The notes: generated from the sequence alone by a model not told the origin. A stretch of DNA of 64,000 bases from an uncultured Candidatus Rokubacteria bacterium (GCA_963747235.1 CAVVEU010000020.1:48632-112631), one strand, 5' to 3'; counted from the stretch's first letter, positions 44,966 to 56,085 are shown. Numbers and translations are program-made.

Positions 44966-45829
44966 TTACTTCACGGCCGCGGCGGCCGCCTCCATCGCCC
45001 GCTTGGCGAAGACCCGCACCAGGTGGCTCTTGTACTCCACCGTGCCCTGCAGATCGGCCTGGACGTCCACGCCCTCGGCCGCCTTCTCGGCCGCCGCCTG
45101 GATGGACGCCGCGTCGGCCGCCTTGCCGGTGATCGCGGCTTCCACGCCCTTGGCGCGCACCGCCTTGGTGCCCGCGCCGGTGACCGCGACGCTGGCCTTG
45201 CCGACCTTGCCGCCGTCCACGCTCAGCACCGCCGCGACGCCGACCACCGCGAACCGCGAGGCCGGATGCGGGAACTTCATGTAGGCGGCGCCGGTCTTGC
45301 CCGCCATCGCGGGGACGCGCACCTCGGTCAGGATCTCGTCTTCCGCGAGCGCGGTGGTGAGCAGGCCCTTGAAGAAATCATCGGCCTTGATGGTGCGCTT
45401 GCCCTTGGGGCCCTCGGCCACCATCTCCGCGCCGAGCGCGATGATCGCGGCCGGGTAGTCGGCGGCCGGGTCCGCGTGGGCCAGGCTGCCGCCGATCGTG
45501 CCCATGTTGCGCACCATCGGGTCCCCGATCTGGGCGGCCACCGCGGCGAGCATCGGGCACTTCGCCTTCACGACCGCCGAGGACTCGACCTGGTAGTGGG
45601 TGGTCATCGCGCCGATGACGAGCGTGGTGCCGTCTTCCTTGATGCCGGACAGGCCGGACACTTTCCGGAGATCGACGAGGTGCTTCGGCTGGGCCAGGCG
45701 CAGCTTCATGGCCGGGAGCAGGCTGTGCCCGCCCGCCAGCAGCTTGGCGTCGTCCTTGTGGCGCCCGAGCAGGTCCAGCGCCTCTCGCACGGTGCCGGGC
45801 GTGTGGTACTCGAACTGGGCTGGGTACAT
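44966..45829 (-). CDS. coxM: Molybdenum hydroxylase medium (FAD-binding) subunit CoxM
   Basis: 287 aa, FAD_binding_5 + CO_deh_flav_C (MYPAQFEYHTPGTVREALDLL…). SD GGGGAG upstream. Confidence 0.85.
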   Translation of the reverse strand: MYPAQFEYHTPGTVREALDLLGRHKDDAKLLAGGHSLLPAMKLRLAQPKHLVDLRKVSGLSGIKEDGTTLVIGAMTTHYQVESSAVVKAKCPMLAAVAAQIGDPMVRNMGTIGGSLAHADPAADYPAAIIALGAEMVAEGPKGKRTIKADDFFKGLLTTALAEDEILTEVRVPAMAGKTGAAYMKFPHPASRFAVVGVAAVLSVDGGKVGKASVAVTGAGTKAVRAKGVEAAITGKAADAASIQAAAEKAAEGVDVQADLQGTVEYKSHLVRVFAKRAMEAAAAAVK

Positions 45830-45843
45830 GTCGGCGTCTCCCC

Positions 45844-48205
45844 TTACTTCCTGGATTTGGCGGCCTGAGCGGTTTTCCAGACCCGCTCCGGCGTGAGTGG
45901 CATGGCGTCGATGTGGTCCACGCCGAGCCCCGACAGGGCGTCCACCACCGCGTTGACCACCGCCGGCGTCGAGGCGATCGTGCCCGTCTCGCCCGCTCCC
46001 TTGACGCCGAGCGGGTTCACGAGCGTGGGCGTCTCGGTGCGGTCGGTCTCGTAGAACGGCAGCATGTCCGCCTTGGGGAGCGTGTAGTCCATCATGCTCC
46101 CGCTGACGAGCTGCCCGGAGGCCTTGTCGTACACCGCCTCCTCCCAGAGCGCCTGCGCCACGCCCTGGGCGATGCCCCCGTGGACCATGCCGTCCACGAT
46201 CATCGGGTTGATCACGTTGCCGACGTCGTCCACCGCGACGTAACGAAGGATCTTCACGTGGCCGGTGTCCGGATCCACCTCGACCATGCAGGCGTGGGCG
46301 CCGAACGGGAAGCAGAAGTTGGACGGGTCGTAGAAGCTCGTCTCCTCGAGACCCGGCTCCACGCCCTCCGGATAGTTGTGCGGCACGTACGCGGTGAGCG
46401 CGACCTGGCCGAACGGGATCGCCTTCTCGGGCGAGCCCTTGACCACGAACTGGCCGTTGACGTACTCCATGTCCTTCGGATTCGCCTCGAGGAGGTGGGC
46501 GGCGATCTTCTTGCCCTTCTCCTTGATCTTGTCGAGCGACATCACGATGGCGGTGCCGCCCACCGAGGCCGAGCGGCTGCCGTAGGTGCCCATGCCGAAC
46601 GGCACGCGGCCGGTGTCGCCGTGCACGATCTCGATGTCGTCCATCGGGATGCCGAGGGAGTCGGCCACGATCTGGGCCATGGTGGTCTCGTGCCCCTGCC
46701 CGTGCGAGTGGGAGCCGGTGAACACGCTGACCTTGCCGGTGGGATGCACCTGGACCTTGCCGGACTCCCAGAGACCCGCCTGGGCGCCGAGCGAGCCCAC
46801 GACCTTGGAGGGCGCGATGCTGCAGGCCTCGATGTAGGTCGAGAAGCCGATGCCCATCAGCCGGCCCTGCGCGCGCGCCGCCGCCTGGTCGGCCCGGAAC
46901 TTCTTGTAGTCGATCATGCCGAGCAGCTTGTCGAGGGCGCCCAGGTAGTTGCCGCTGTCGTAGGACAGCGCGACCTTGGTCTGGTAGCCGTCGGAGAACT
47001 TCGGGATGAAGTTCTTCTTCCGGATGTCCACCGGGTCCATCTTGAGCGCGGCCGCCGCGGCGTCCACCATCCGCTCGAGCAGGTAGCAGGCCTCGGGCCG
47101 TCCGGCCCCGCGGTAGGCGTCCACCGGCGTGGTGTTGGTGAAGACGCCGGTGACCTCCGCGTGGATCGCGGGCCACTCGTACACTCCGTTGAGCAGCGTG
47201 GCGTACAGATACGTCGGCACCGCCGGCGCGAACGTCGAGAGATAGGCGCCCAGGTTGGCGGTGGTCTTCACGCGCAGGCCCAGGAACTTGCCGTCCTTGG
47301 CGAGCGCGATCTCGGCGTCGGTCACGTGGTCGCGCCCGTGGGCGTCGGTCTGGAAGGCCTCGCGGCGCGAGGAGGTCCAGCGGATCGGCCGCTTGATCTG
47401 CTTGGTCGCCCAGGTGCAGACCGTCTCCTCGTTGTAGAGGAAGATCTTGGAGCCGAAGGCCGCCGCCCACGTCGGGCGCGATCACCCGCACCTTGTGCTC
47501 GGGGATGCCCAGCACGAACGCGGTCATGAGCAGCCGGTGCACGTGCGGGTTCTGCGAGGTGACCCAGAGCGTCCAGTCGCCGGTGGAATCGTCGTAGCGC
47601 GCCACGCAGGCCCGCGGCTCCATGGCATTGGCCACCAGGCGCTGGTTGATGATCCGCTTCTTCACGACGACCGGCGCCGCCTTGAAGGCGGCCTCGGTGG
47701 CCGCCGCGTCGCCGATCTGCCACTTGAAGGCCTCGTTGCTCGGGGCCACCTCGTGGATCTGCGGCGAGCCCTTGGCGGCCGCCTTCTCGGTGTCCGTCAC
47801 CGAGGGCAGGACTTCCCAGTCCACCACCACCATCTCGGCCGCGTCGCTCGCCGCCGACTGGCTCTCCGCGATCACGATGGCCACCGGGTCCCCCACGTAG
47901 CGGGCGGCGTCGGAGGCGAGCGGCATGTGGGCCGGGATCTTCAGCTCGGGCAGGAGCCAGCCGCAGGGCAGCGAGTTCACCCCGGTCATGTCCTTGCCGG
48001 TGAAGATCGCCACGACGCCCGGCGCCTTCGACGCCTTGGCGATGTCGATCTTGCGGATCTTCGCGTTGGCGTGCGGGCTGCGCACGAAGAACGCGTGGGT
48101 CATGCCGGCCAGCTTCAGGTCGTCGGTGTAGTTGCCCTTGCCGGTGATGAACCGGGGATCCTCACGTCGTTTGATGCTCGCGCCGAGCAGCCGGGCGGTG
48201 GCCAT
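45844..48205 (-). CDS. coxL: Molybdenum hydroxylase large subunit, form-II CODH-like CoxL (AYRGAGR active-site motif); one frame change at ~47460
   Basis: N-part [29 protein letters not shown]…VIAPDVGGG (frame 1). Remainder [28 protein letters not shown]…[21 protein letters not shown]…AKSRK in the -1 frame. One G is missing from the GGCGGCGGC run. The 1079-aa ORF in the track fuses coxL-N with coxM. Confidence 0.8.
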
Positions 48206-48214
48206 GGTCGCGCC

Positions 48215-48688
48215 TCACTTCCCCGCCATCTTCTCGGCGGCGTACTGGATGGCCTTGACGATGTTGTGGTAGCCGGTGCAGCGGCACAGGTTGCCTTCCA
48301 GATCGTGGCGGATCTGCGCCTCGGTCGGCCGCGGGTTGCGCTGCAGCATCTGGTGGGCGGACATGATCATGCCCGGCGTGCAGAAGCCGCACTGCAGGCC
48401 ATGCTTCTCCCAGAAGGCGTCCTGGATCGGGTGGAGCTTGCCGTCCTTGGCGAGCCCCTCGATCGTGAGGACCTGGGCGCCGTCGCACTGCACCGCGAGC
48501 AGCGTGCACGACTTCACGGCCACGCCGTTGACGTGCACCGTACAGGCGCCGCACTGGCTCGTGTCGCACCCGACGTGCGTGCCGGTCAGGCCCGCCTGCT
48601 CCCGGATGTAGTGCACGAGCAGCAGCCGCGGCTCGACTTCGTGGGACTGGGGAGCACCGTTGATCGTCATCGACACGGTCTTTTTCAC
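48215..48688 (-). CDS. coxS: Molybdenum hydroxylase small (2Fe-2S) subunit CoxS
   Basis: SD AGGAGG then GTG at 48688. [30 protein letters not shown]… with both Cys clusters (CDTSQCGAC…C and CGFCTPG…CRC). Confidence 0.85.
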   Translation of the reverse strand: MKKTVSMTINGAPQSHEVEPRLLLVHYIREQAGLTGTHVGCDTSQCGACTVHVNGVAVKSCTLLAVQCDGAQVLTIEGLAKDGKLHPIQDAFWEKHGLQCGFCTPGMIMSAHQMLQRNPRPTEAQIRHDLEGNLCRCTGYHNIVKAIQYAAEKMAGK

Positions 48689-48762
48689 CGCGCAACCTCC
48701 TGAGTGATAAGGGTCCGAGGCCGGGAAAGCGCCCCCAACCGTATGCCGGGCCGGGGACGGTG

Positions 48763-49950
48763 TCAAGGGGTGGTGAGGAGTCGCCGGCCCTCGACGCGCG
48801 CCTGCTCGAGCACCTCCCGCACCGGGAGGCCTCGGTCCCGCGCGATGCGGCGCACTTCCTCGAATTCCGGGGTGACCGTGACCACCCGGCCCTCGAGCCG
48901 GGAGACCTTGAAGGTCACCGGCCCGTAGGCGGTGTCCAGACGCACCATCTCGCGCTCGAGGCGGCTGCGCTGGTACGCGGTCCAGCGCACGCCGATGGTG
49001 GAGGACTCCTCGAAGAGGAGCCGCGAGAGGTCGGCGACCCGCCCCGGCTCGCAGAGGGCGGTCAGGACCACGCCCGGGCGGCTGCGCTTCATGATGACCG
49101 GGGTGAGCCAGACGTCCAGCGCGCCGGCCTCGAGGAGCCGCTCCAGCAGGGGCTCGTAGAGCTGGGGCGACATGTCGTCCACGGTGGTCTCGACCTGCAT
49201 GATGGTCTCGGTGGGCGTGGCCCCTGCGGCTGCCTCGGCCTCGCCCAGGAAGAGCCGCAGCACGTTGGGCGTCTGGAGATCCATGGTGCCGGCGCCGTAA
49301 CCGACCGCGGTCACTCGCATGGCCGGCATCGTCCCGGCTCCCACCGCGAGCGTCGTGAGGATCGCGGCCCCGGTCGGGGTGACCAGCTCGCGGCGGATGC
49401 CGGTGTCGAGCGTCGGGAAGCCCTTGAGCAGCTCGGCGGTGGCGGGGCCGGGTACCGGCATGCGGCCGTGCGGGCCCTCCACGAAGCCGCCGCCCACCGG
49501 CAGGGCGCTCACGTGCACGGCGTCCACGCCGAGCAGGTGGAGGCCGATGCACGCGCCGGTGACGTCCACGATGGCGTCCACCGCGCCCACGTCGTGGAAC
49601 TGCACGCGCTCCGGCGTGGTGCCGTGCACCCGCGCCTCCGCCTCGGCCAGGCGCTGGAAGATGCGCGAGGCCATGTCCCGCACCGCCGGCGCCAGGCGGC
49701 TGCGCTCCAGGATGTCGAGGATCTCGCGGAGCCCGCGATGGCCCGCCTCGTGGTGGCCGAGCGCCACCTCCACCTTGGTGGCCCGGAAGCCCGCCTTGAT
49801 GACCTCGCGGCGCTCGAGCCGGTAGCCCTGCACGCCGAGCCCGTCCAGCTCGCGCGCGAGCGCCTCGAACGGCGCGCCCGCGTCCACCAGCGCGCCCAGG
49901 ATCATGTCCCCGGACGCCCCGCTCGGGCAGTCGAAGTAAGCCAGGCGCAT
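48763..49950 (-). CDS. larC: Nickel-pincer cofactor biosynthesis protein LarC (nickel insertase, DUF111)
   Basis: 395 aa, [25 protein letters not shown]… typical LarC N-terminus. Confidence 0.8.
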   Translation of the reverse strand: MRLAYFDCPSGASGDMILGALVDAGAPFEALARELDGLGVQGYRLERREVIKAGFRATKVEVALGHHEAGHRGLREILDILERSRLAPAVRDMASRIFQRLAEAEARVHGTTPERVQFHDVGAVDAIVDVTGACIGLHLLGVDAVHVSALPVGGGFVEGPHGRMPVPGPATAELLKGFPTLDTGIRRELVTPTGAAILTTLAVGAGTMPAMRVTAVGYGAGTMDLQTPNVLRLFLGEAEAAAGATPTETIMQVETTVDDMSPQLYEPLLERLLEAGALDVWLTPVIMKRSRPGVVLTALCEPGRVADLSRLLFEESSTIGVRWTAYQRSRLEREMVRLDTAYGPVTFKVSRLEGRVVTVTPEFEEVRRIARDRGLPVREVLEQARVEGRRLLTTP

Positions 49951-49956
49951 GCGGGG

Positions 49957-50715
49957 TTAGCGGAGCTTGGAGGCGAGCTTGTTGATCTGGTTCGCCTGCG
50001 CGGCGGCCCCGTAGCCGTTGTCGATGTTGACGACGGAGACACCGGGGGCGCAGGAGTTCAGCATGGCGAGCAGCGCGGCCACGCCGCCGAAGGAGGCGCC
50101 GTAGCCCACGCTGGTGGGCACCGCGATCACCGGGCGATCCACCAGCCCGCCGAGCACGCTCGGGAGCGCGCCTTCCATGCCGGCCACCGCGATGATGGCG
50201 TTGGCCTCGTTGAGGCGGTCCAGATGCGGCACCAGCCGGTGGAGACCCGCCACGCCGCAGTCGAACACCCGCTCGACATGGTTGCCCATCGCCTCCGCGG
50301 TGACCGCGGCCTCCTCGGCCACCGGCTGATCGGAGGTGCCCGCGCTGACGACCACGATGAGCCCGACGCCCTCGCGCGCCACCGGCTTGATCACGACGAG
50401 GCGCGCGGCCTCGTGCACCTGGCACGGCAGCCCGCTCGCGAGCAGCGCGACCACCACCGCGGGCTCGGCGCGCGTGGCGAGCACGTTGTCGTGCGCCTCG
50501 GCGAGCCGCCGGACGATCGCCACCACCTGCTCCGGCGTCTTGCCCTGGCAGAAGACGGCCTCGGGTACGCCGTGCCGCAGCGAGCGGTGGAGATCCACGC
50601 GGGCGAAGCGCAGGTCCTCGACCGGCAGCGCGCGGAGGCGGGCCAGCGCCTGATCGGGCGCCATCGCGCCGGCCGCGACGGCCTCCAGCAGCGCTCTTAC
50701 TTTTTCCCGATCCAC
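49957..50715 (-). CDS. larB: Nickel-pincer cofactor biosynthesis protein LarB (PurE-like carboxylase/hydrolase)
   Basis: GTG start ([44 protein letters not shown]…), overlapping the larE 3' end by 19 nt. PurE-like fold (…[16 protein letters not shown]…). Confidence 0.8.
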   Translation of the reverse strand: MDREKVRALLEAVAAGAMAPDQALARLRALPVEDLRFARVDLHRSLRHGVPEAVFCQGKTPEQVVAIVRRLAEAHDNVLATRAEPAVVVALLASGLPCQVHEAARLVVIKPVAREGVGLIVVVSAGTSDQPVAEEAAVTAEAMGNHVERVFDCGVAGLHRLVPHLDRLNEANAIIAVAGMEGALPSVLGGLVDRPVIAVPTSVGYGASFGGVAALLAMLNSCAPGVSVVNIDNGYGAAAQANQINKLASKLR

Positions 50716-51530
50716 TTCAGTGCCTCGTTGGCGCTGCCGCTGCGGAAGCCCTGCAGGTCGAGCGTGACGTAGAGATAGCCCAGCTCGCGGAAGCGCCGGA
50801 CGATCGCGCCGTGCCGGTCCTCCTCCCAGAGGCGCGGCATCTCCTCCGGCACCAGCTCGAGGCGGGCCAGGCGGTCGTGATGGCGCACCCGGAACTGGCG
50901 GAAGCCCAGGCTCCGCACGAAGGACTCCGCGTCGTCGATGCGGCGGAGCTTCTCGGCGGTGATGGGGTCGCCGTACTGGAAGCGGGACGAGAGGCACGCG
51001 AAGGAGGGCTTGTCCCAGGTCGGCAGCCCGAGCTCCTTCGAGAGCGCCCGGATCTCCTCCTTCCAGAGCGCGGCTTCGATGAGCGGGGCGCGCACGCCGC
51101 GCGCTTCCGCGGCCTTCATGCCGGGCCGGTGATCGCCCAGGTCGTCCATGTTGGCGCCGTAGATGACCTGCGCGGTGCCCGCGGCCTGCGCGATCGGCTC
51201 GAGCCGCGTGAAGAGCTCCTCCTTGCAGTGGAAGCACCGGTCGGGCGCGTTCCGCGCGTACTCCGGCCGGTCGAGCTCGCGGGTGCGGATGACCTCCTGG
51301 CGCATGCCGAGCAGGGCGGCCAGCCGCCGCGTCTCCTCGAGCTCGGCGGCCGGGTAGGTCTCGGAGTCGGCGGTCACCAGGGTCGCGCCGTCGCCGAGGG
51401 CGTCCTTGGCGGCCCGCGCGAGGAAGGTCGAGTCCACGCCGCCGGAGAAGGCCACGATCACGCGGGTCATCCCGCGCAGGAGGTCCACCAGCCGATCGTA
51501 CTTGGCGTCGAGCGTGGTCTGATCCGCCAT
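50697..51530 (-). CDS. larE: Nickel-pincer cofactor biosynthesis protein LarE (ATP-dependent sulfur transferase, PP-loop)
   Basis: 277 aa. PP-loop SGGVDS and the sacrificial-cysteine region [13 protein letters not shown]. Confidence 0.8.
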   Translation of the reverse strand: MADQTTLDAKYDRLVDLLRGMTRVIVAFSGGVDSTFLARAAKDALGDGATLVTADSETYPAAELEETRRLAALLGMRQEVIRTRELDRPEYARNAPDRCFHCKEELFTRLEPIAQAAGTAQVIYGANMDDLGDHRPGMKAAEARGVRAPLIEAALWKEEIRALSKELGLPTWDKPSFACLSSRFQYGDPITAEKLRRIDDAESFVRSLGFRQFRVRHHDRLARLELVPEEMPRLWEEDRHGAIVRRFRELGYLYVTLDLQGFRSGSANEALKWIGKK

Positions 51531-51539
51531 CGCGTGCCC

Positions 51540-52536
51540 CTACCCGAGAATCGATCCCGCGAGCTGCGCCAGCGGCACCATCGGCCGCGCGCCCACGTGC
51601 GCGATGACCTCCGCGGCGGCCAGCGAGCCGAGACGCCCGCACGTCGGCAGGTCGAGGCCCTGGCTGAGCCCGTAGAGCACACCGGCCGCGTAGAGATCGC
51701 CCGCGCCCGTCGTGTCCACCACCGCGGTGACCGGGTGCACGGCCACCGGGTGCGCCCGGCCCCTGCCCAGGATCACCGAGCCCTTCTCGCTCCGGGTGAG
51801 CGCGGCGATCTCGCAGTGCCCGCGCACGCGCGGCCAGCGCTCCGTCGAAGTCGCCGACCTCGTACAGCGCGCAGATCTCCGCCTCGTTGGCGAAGAGGAT
51901 GTCCACGTGATGCTCGACCAGGTCGAGGAAGGCCTTGCGGTGCCGCCCCACGCAGAAGGGATCCGACAGCGTGAGCGAGACCTTGCGGCCGGCGGCGTGC
52001 GCGATGGCCGCCGCGGCCCGGAACGCCTCCTGGGCCTCGGGCGGATCGAAGAGGTAGCCCTCGAGGTAGAGGATCTTGCCACGCGTGATCAGTCCCTCGT
52101 CGATGTCGGCGGGGCCGAGCCGCACCGACGCGCCGAGGAACGTGCTCATGGTGCGCTGGGCGTCGGGCGTGACCAGGATGAGGCAGCGCCCGGTGGGCGG
52201 GCCGTCGGTGGCGCGCGGCGTGTCGTAGCCCACGCCGGTGGCGCGCAGGTCGTGCCCGAACACCTCGCCGAGCTGGTCGTCGCGGACCTTGCCGACGTAG
52301 TGCGCGCGCCCGCCGAAGGACGCCACGCCGACCACCGTGTTGGCGGCCGAGCCCCCCGACATCTCGATCCCGGGCCCCATCGCGTCGTAGAGCTCGCGGG
52401 CGCGCGGCTCGTCCACCAGGTGCATGGTCCCCTTGGCCAGGCCCTGGCGCGCGAGGAACCCGTCCTCCGCGTGGGTCAGCACGTCCACCAGCGCGTTGCC
52501 GATGCCGACGACGTCGAGCTCGCCTCGATCAGCCAC
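51540..52536 (-). CDS. PfkB-family carbohydrate/nucleoside kinase (adenosine-kinase-like); one frame change at ~51830
   Basis: N-part MADRGELDVVGIGNALVDVL…ALYEVGDFDGALAAR (frame 1). C-part …GHCEIAALTRSEKGSVILGRG…DTTGAGDLYAAGVLYGL… (+1 frame). Confidence 0.7.
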
Positions 52537-53440
52537 GGCGTCCCTTGCCCTTCGGCGGGAAGTAGCGATCGAGCAGCAGGCCGAGCCGCTTGCGGGTGCG
52601 CGGCGGGAACGCCTTCGGAGAGGTGATCACCGCGCTGGCGAGCGCGTCGCCGCAGCCCGCGCCGCAGGTCTTGCCCACCCGCGGGATGACGCGCTTGAGC
52701 ACGACCTTCGCGGTGGCCACGTTCTTCTGCAGGTTGGCCACGACCGCCTCCACCGTCACCGCCGCGTGGCTCTCGTGCCACACGTCGTAGTCGGTGGCGA
52801 GCGCCAGCGTGGCGTAGCAGAGCTCGGCCTCGCGGGCCAGCTTGGCCTCCGGCATGTTGGTCATCCCGATCACCGACACGCCCCACCGGCGGTAGATCTG
52901 CGACTCGCCCTTGGTGGAGAACTGCGGCCCCTCGATGCAGATGTAGGTGCCGCCGCGGTGCACCCGCGCGCCCGCCTCCCGGCTCCCGGTCTCGAGCAGG
53001 TCGCCCAGCGCCGGGCAGACCGGCTCGGCCATGCCGACGTGGCCGACGATGCCGTCGCCGAAGAAGGTCGAGACGCGGCGCTTGGTGTGATCGTAGAACT
53101 GGTCGGGGATCACGAGATCCAGCGGGTGGATCTCCTCCTTCATGCTGCCGACCGCGCTCACCGAGATGATCCACCGGACGCCCAGGGCCTTGAGCCCGTA
53201 GATATTGGCGCGGTAGTTGATCTCGCTGGGCGTGACCCGGTGGCCGCGGCCGTGGCGCGGCAGGAAGATCACGCGGCGGTCGCCGAGCCGGCCCGTGCAG
53301 TAGGCGTCCGACGGATCGCCGAACGGCGTGCGCACGCGCACCCAGCGGAGGTCCTCGATCCCCTCCATCTCGTAGAGCCCGCTGCCTCCGATGATGCCCA
53401 GCGCGGGCTCGCCGCCCGCCTCGGCCCTGGCCGCGCTCAT
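52529..53440 (-). CDS. mtnP: S-methyl-5'-thioadenosine phosphorylase
   Basis: 303 aa, MSAARAEAGGEPALGIIGGSGLYEM… PNP_UDP_1 fold, very close to MtnP/MTAP consensus. Confidence 0.85.
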   Translation of the reverse strand: MSAARAEAGGEPALGIIGGSGLYEMEGIEDLRWVRVRTPFGDPSDAYCTGRLGDRRVIFLPRHGRGHRVTPSEINYRANIYGLKALGVRWIISVSAVGSMKEEIHPLDLVIPDQFYDHTKRRVSTFFGDGIVGHVGMAEPVCPALGDLLETGSREAGARVHRGGTYICIEGPQFSTKGESQIYRRWGVSVIGMTNMPEAKLAREAELCYATLALATDYDVWHESHAAVTVEAVVANLQKNVATAKVVLKRVIPRVGKTCGAGCGDALASAVITSPKAFPPRTRKRLGLLLDRYFPPKGKGRRG

Positions 53441-54763
53441 GCGCCGATCTCCTCGAGAACCCCGTGGGTGCGGTCCGCGCGGGCCTCCGTGATCGTGAGC
53501 GGCACGACCCGGCGGCCGAGCGTGTCGGGGCCTTCGAAGAGCACCTCGACGTAGTTGTCGGTGAGGCCCGCGAGGAGCCCGGTGCGCCGATCGCGCGCGG
53601 CGAGCACCGTCGCCTCGCGCCGGCGGCCGACCAGCCCGCGGCGGAAGGCCAGGCTCTTCCGGGCGCCCAGCCGGCGCAGCCGCCCGCTCCGCTCGTGGAT
53701 CACCGCCGGCGCCACGTGATCGGGCCGGCGCGCCGCCTCGGTCCCGGTCCGGTCCGAGTAGGCGAAGACGTGGAGCGACGAGAACGGCAGCGCCTCGACG
53801 AAGCGCATCGTCGCCTCGAAGTCCTCCGCGGTCTCGCCCGGATGTCCCACGATGACGTCGGCGCCGAGGCCCAGGTCTGGAATCGCGGCGGCGAGCCGGT
53901 CCACCAGGGCCCGGTACATGGCGGTGTGGTAGGGCCGCCGCATCAGGCGCAGCACGCGATCGCTCCCGCTCTGGAGCGGCAGGTGCAGGTGCGGCGCCAT
54001 CACCGGCAGTGTCGTCACCGCGTCGAACAGCTCGGGCGTGAAGTAGGACGGCAGCACCGAGGAGAGCCGCAGCCGGCGGAGTCCGTCCACCTCCGCGAGC
54101 TCCCGGAGCAGCGCGGCCAGCGTGGTGCGCGGGTAGCAATCCCAGCCGTAGTGGCCGATGTCCACCCCGGTGAGCGTGACGTCGAGGTAGCCGGCGGCCA
54201 CGAGGGTCCGCACCTGGTCGAGCGCGACCTTGGGCTCCTGGCTCCGGCTCCGCCCGCGCGCGGCCGGCACGATGCAGAAGGCGCAGCGGTGCTGGCAGCC
54301 GTCCTGGATCTTCACGAAGCCGCGCGAGCGGCCGGCCACCCGGCGCGACGGGCGCGATCGGGATCTCGCGCGCTCCGCCGATGTCGGCCACCGCCACCTC
54401 GGGCCGCGCCCGCCTGGTGAGCGAGCCGAGCAGCTCGGGCAGGCGGTACTTCTCCTGGTTGCCCACGACCAGGTCCACCCCGGCGATCGCGGCGACCGCC
54501 CGCGGGTCGGTCTGAGCGAAGCAGCCGGTCACGACCAGATAGGCGTCCGGGTTCTCGCGGGCGACGCGGCGGATGAGCTGGCGATCGGAGAAGTCCGCGC
54601 GCCCGGTCACGGTGCAGGTGTTGATCACGTACACCTGCGCGGCGGCCTCGGGCTCGACGACCCGGAAGCCGCGCCCTTCCAGCAGCGCGCCGATCTCCCG
54701 GGACTCGACCTGGTTGAGGCGGCAGCCGAGGGTGGCCAGCGCCACCGTCACCGGCGCGGTCAT
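53437..54763 (-). CDS. mtaB: MiaB-like tRNA methylthiotransferase (MtaB type: MTTase N-domain, radical SAM, TRAM); one frame change at ~54345
   Basis: N-domain MTAPVTVALATLGCRLNQVESRE…VINTCTVTGRAD… (frame A). Radical-SAM part (G)RSRGFVKIQDGCQHRCAFCIVP… to the C-terminus in the +1 frame. ATG overlaps the rlmN stop (ATGA). Confidence 0.75.
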
Positions 54764-55797
54764 GCCGGGACCGTCGCCTCGCGGAGCTGGCCGCAGGCGG
54801 CGCCGATGTCCTCGCCCTTGCTCCACCGGACCGTCGCCCGGATGCCGTGCTCGAGCAGCACGGTCTGGAAGTCGAGGATCCGCGCCATCGGAGGCCGCGC
54901 GAAGCTCGAGCCCTCCCAGTCGTTGAACGGGATCAGGTTGATCTTGCCGCGGATGCCCTTGAGCAGCTTGACCAGGCGGCGCGCGTCCTCGACCGAGTCG
55001 TTGACGTCCTCGAGCAGCACGTACTCGAAGGTCATGCGCTGGCGGAACGGCAGCGGGAAGCGGCGGCACGCGGCGAGCAATTCCTCGATCGCGAAGCCCT
55101 TGTTGACCGGCATGATCCGGTCGCGGATCTCGTTGCTGGTGGCGTGGAGCGAGACCGCCAGGTTGACCCGGAGGTTCTCCTTGGCCAGCCGCTCGATGCC
55201 GGTCACGAGCCCCACCGTGGAGACCGTGATGCGCCGGGGCGAGAAGGCGAAGGCCTGCGGGTCGGTCAGCAGGCGCAGCGACTTCACGGTGGCGGTGTAG
55301 TTGGCGAGGGGCTCGCCCATGCCCATGTAGACGATGTGGGTGATCCGGAGGCCCGCGGCCAGCCCCTCGCGGGCCGCCATCACCTGGCCCACGATCTCCC
55401 CGGCGCTCAGGTTGCGCTCGAGGCCCATCGTGCCGGTGTAGCAGAAGGCGCACGCGAAGCCGCAGCCGACCTGGGTGGAGACGCAGAGCGTGAGCCGATC
55501 CGCGTCCGGCATCAGCACCGCCTGGACGCGCGCGCCGTCGCCGTAGCGGAGCACGAGCTTCTGGCTGCCGTCCTGCGACGGGGTGCGCCGCTCGACCTCG
55601 GGCACGCCCACGCTCCCCCACGCGGCCAGGGCGGCGCGGAAGTCCTTGGGCAGGTCGGTCATCGCGTCCAGATCGGTCACGCCCTTGACGAAGATCCACT
55701 GGGCGAGCTGGCGCCCCCGATAGCGCGGGGCGCCCAGGGTCTGGGCCAGCTCCTCCATCTCCGTGGGTGACAGATCGAGTAGATTCGTCGAGGACAT
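54760..55797 (-). CDS. rlmN: 23S rRNA (adenine2503-C2)-methyltransferase RlmN (radical SAM)
   Basis: 345 aa from MSSTNLLDLSPTEMEEL… CxxxCxxC = CGFACAFC, plus the conserved C-terminal Cys. Confidence 0.85.
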   Translation of the reverse strand: MSSTNLLDLSPTEMEELAQTLGAPRYRGRQLAQWIFVKGVTDLDAMTDLPKDFRAALAAWGSVGVPEVERRTPSQDGSQKLVLRYGDGARVQAVLMPDADRLTLCVSTQVGCGFACAFCYTGTMGLERNLSAGEIVGQVMAAREGLAAGLRITHIVYMGMGEPLANYTATVKSLRLLTDPQAFAFSPRRITVSTVGLVTGIERLAKENLRVNLAVSLHATSNEIRDRIMPVNKGFAIEELLAACRRFPLPFRQRMTFEYVLLEDVNDSVEDARRLVKLLKGIRGKINLIPFNDWEGSSFARPPMARILDFQTVLLEHGIRATVRWSKGEDIGAACGQLREATVPA

Positions 55798-55923
55798 ACG
55801 CAACGCTGGATGATAGCACACGCGTGCGCGCCCTACCCGGCGCCGCGCCGTCAACCGATCGGCGCGACAACGTCGCGCCGGATCGTTGTGCATGGGACAG
55901 AAGTGGAACTCACACGCACAATC

Positions 55924-55939
55924 GGGTAAATGATTACCC
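55924..55939. promoter_or_regulatory. Inverted repeat GGGTAA-ATGA-TTACCC in the 290-bp lower-GC spacer upstream of rlmN
   Basis: Read directly in the sequence: gggtaaatgattaccc. Candidate dimeric regulator site in the presumed rlmN-operon promoter region. Confidence 0.3.
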
Positions 55940-56085
55940 GGAAGCGAGCCTTGTCCAATCCCCAAGAACGGTGAATGCTTCGTGGATAACCCGGTGGGCT
56001 CGTCCGGCTCTCGCACACGATTTCGCGCACTAGGAGCGAGTCGCCTTCTTTCGAGGCACTCGGGACTGAACGGCGATTCGGTTGC

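Noticed and set aside
44966-48205. 1079-aa ORF spanning coxL and coxM
   Set aside because: Fusion artifact. The coxL N-terminus (frame 1) runs through a frame-shifted stretch and coxM in the same frame. The real coxL continues in the -1 frame (45844..~47462), and coxM is a separate gene with its own SD/ATG at 45829.
49957-52536. 859-aa ORF
   Set aside because: It concatenates the PfkB kinase N-terminus, out-of-frame larE sequence and larB. LarE is encoded in another frame (50697..51530), and larB starts at GTG 50715.
52529-55870. 1113-aa ORF
   Set aside because: It concatenates out-of-frame rlmN, the mtaB N-domain and mtnP. The genes are resolved separately as rlmN 54760..55797, mtaB 53437..54763 (one frame change) and mtnP 52529..53440.
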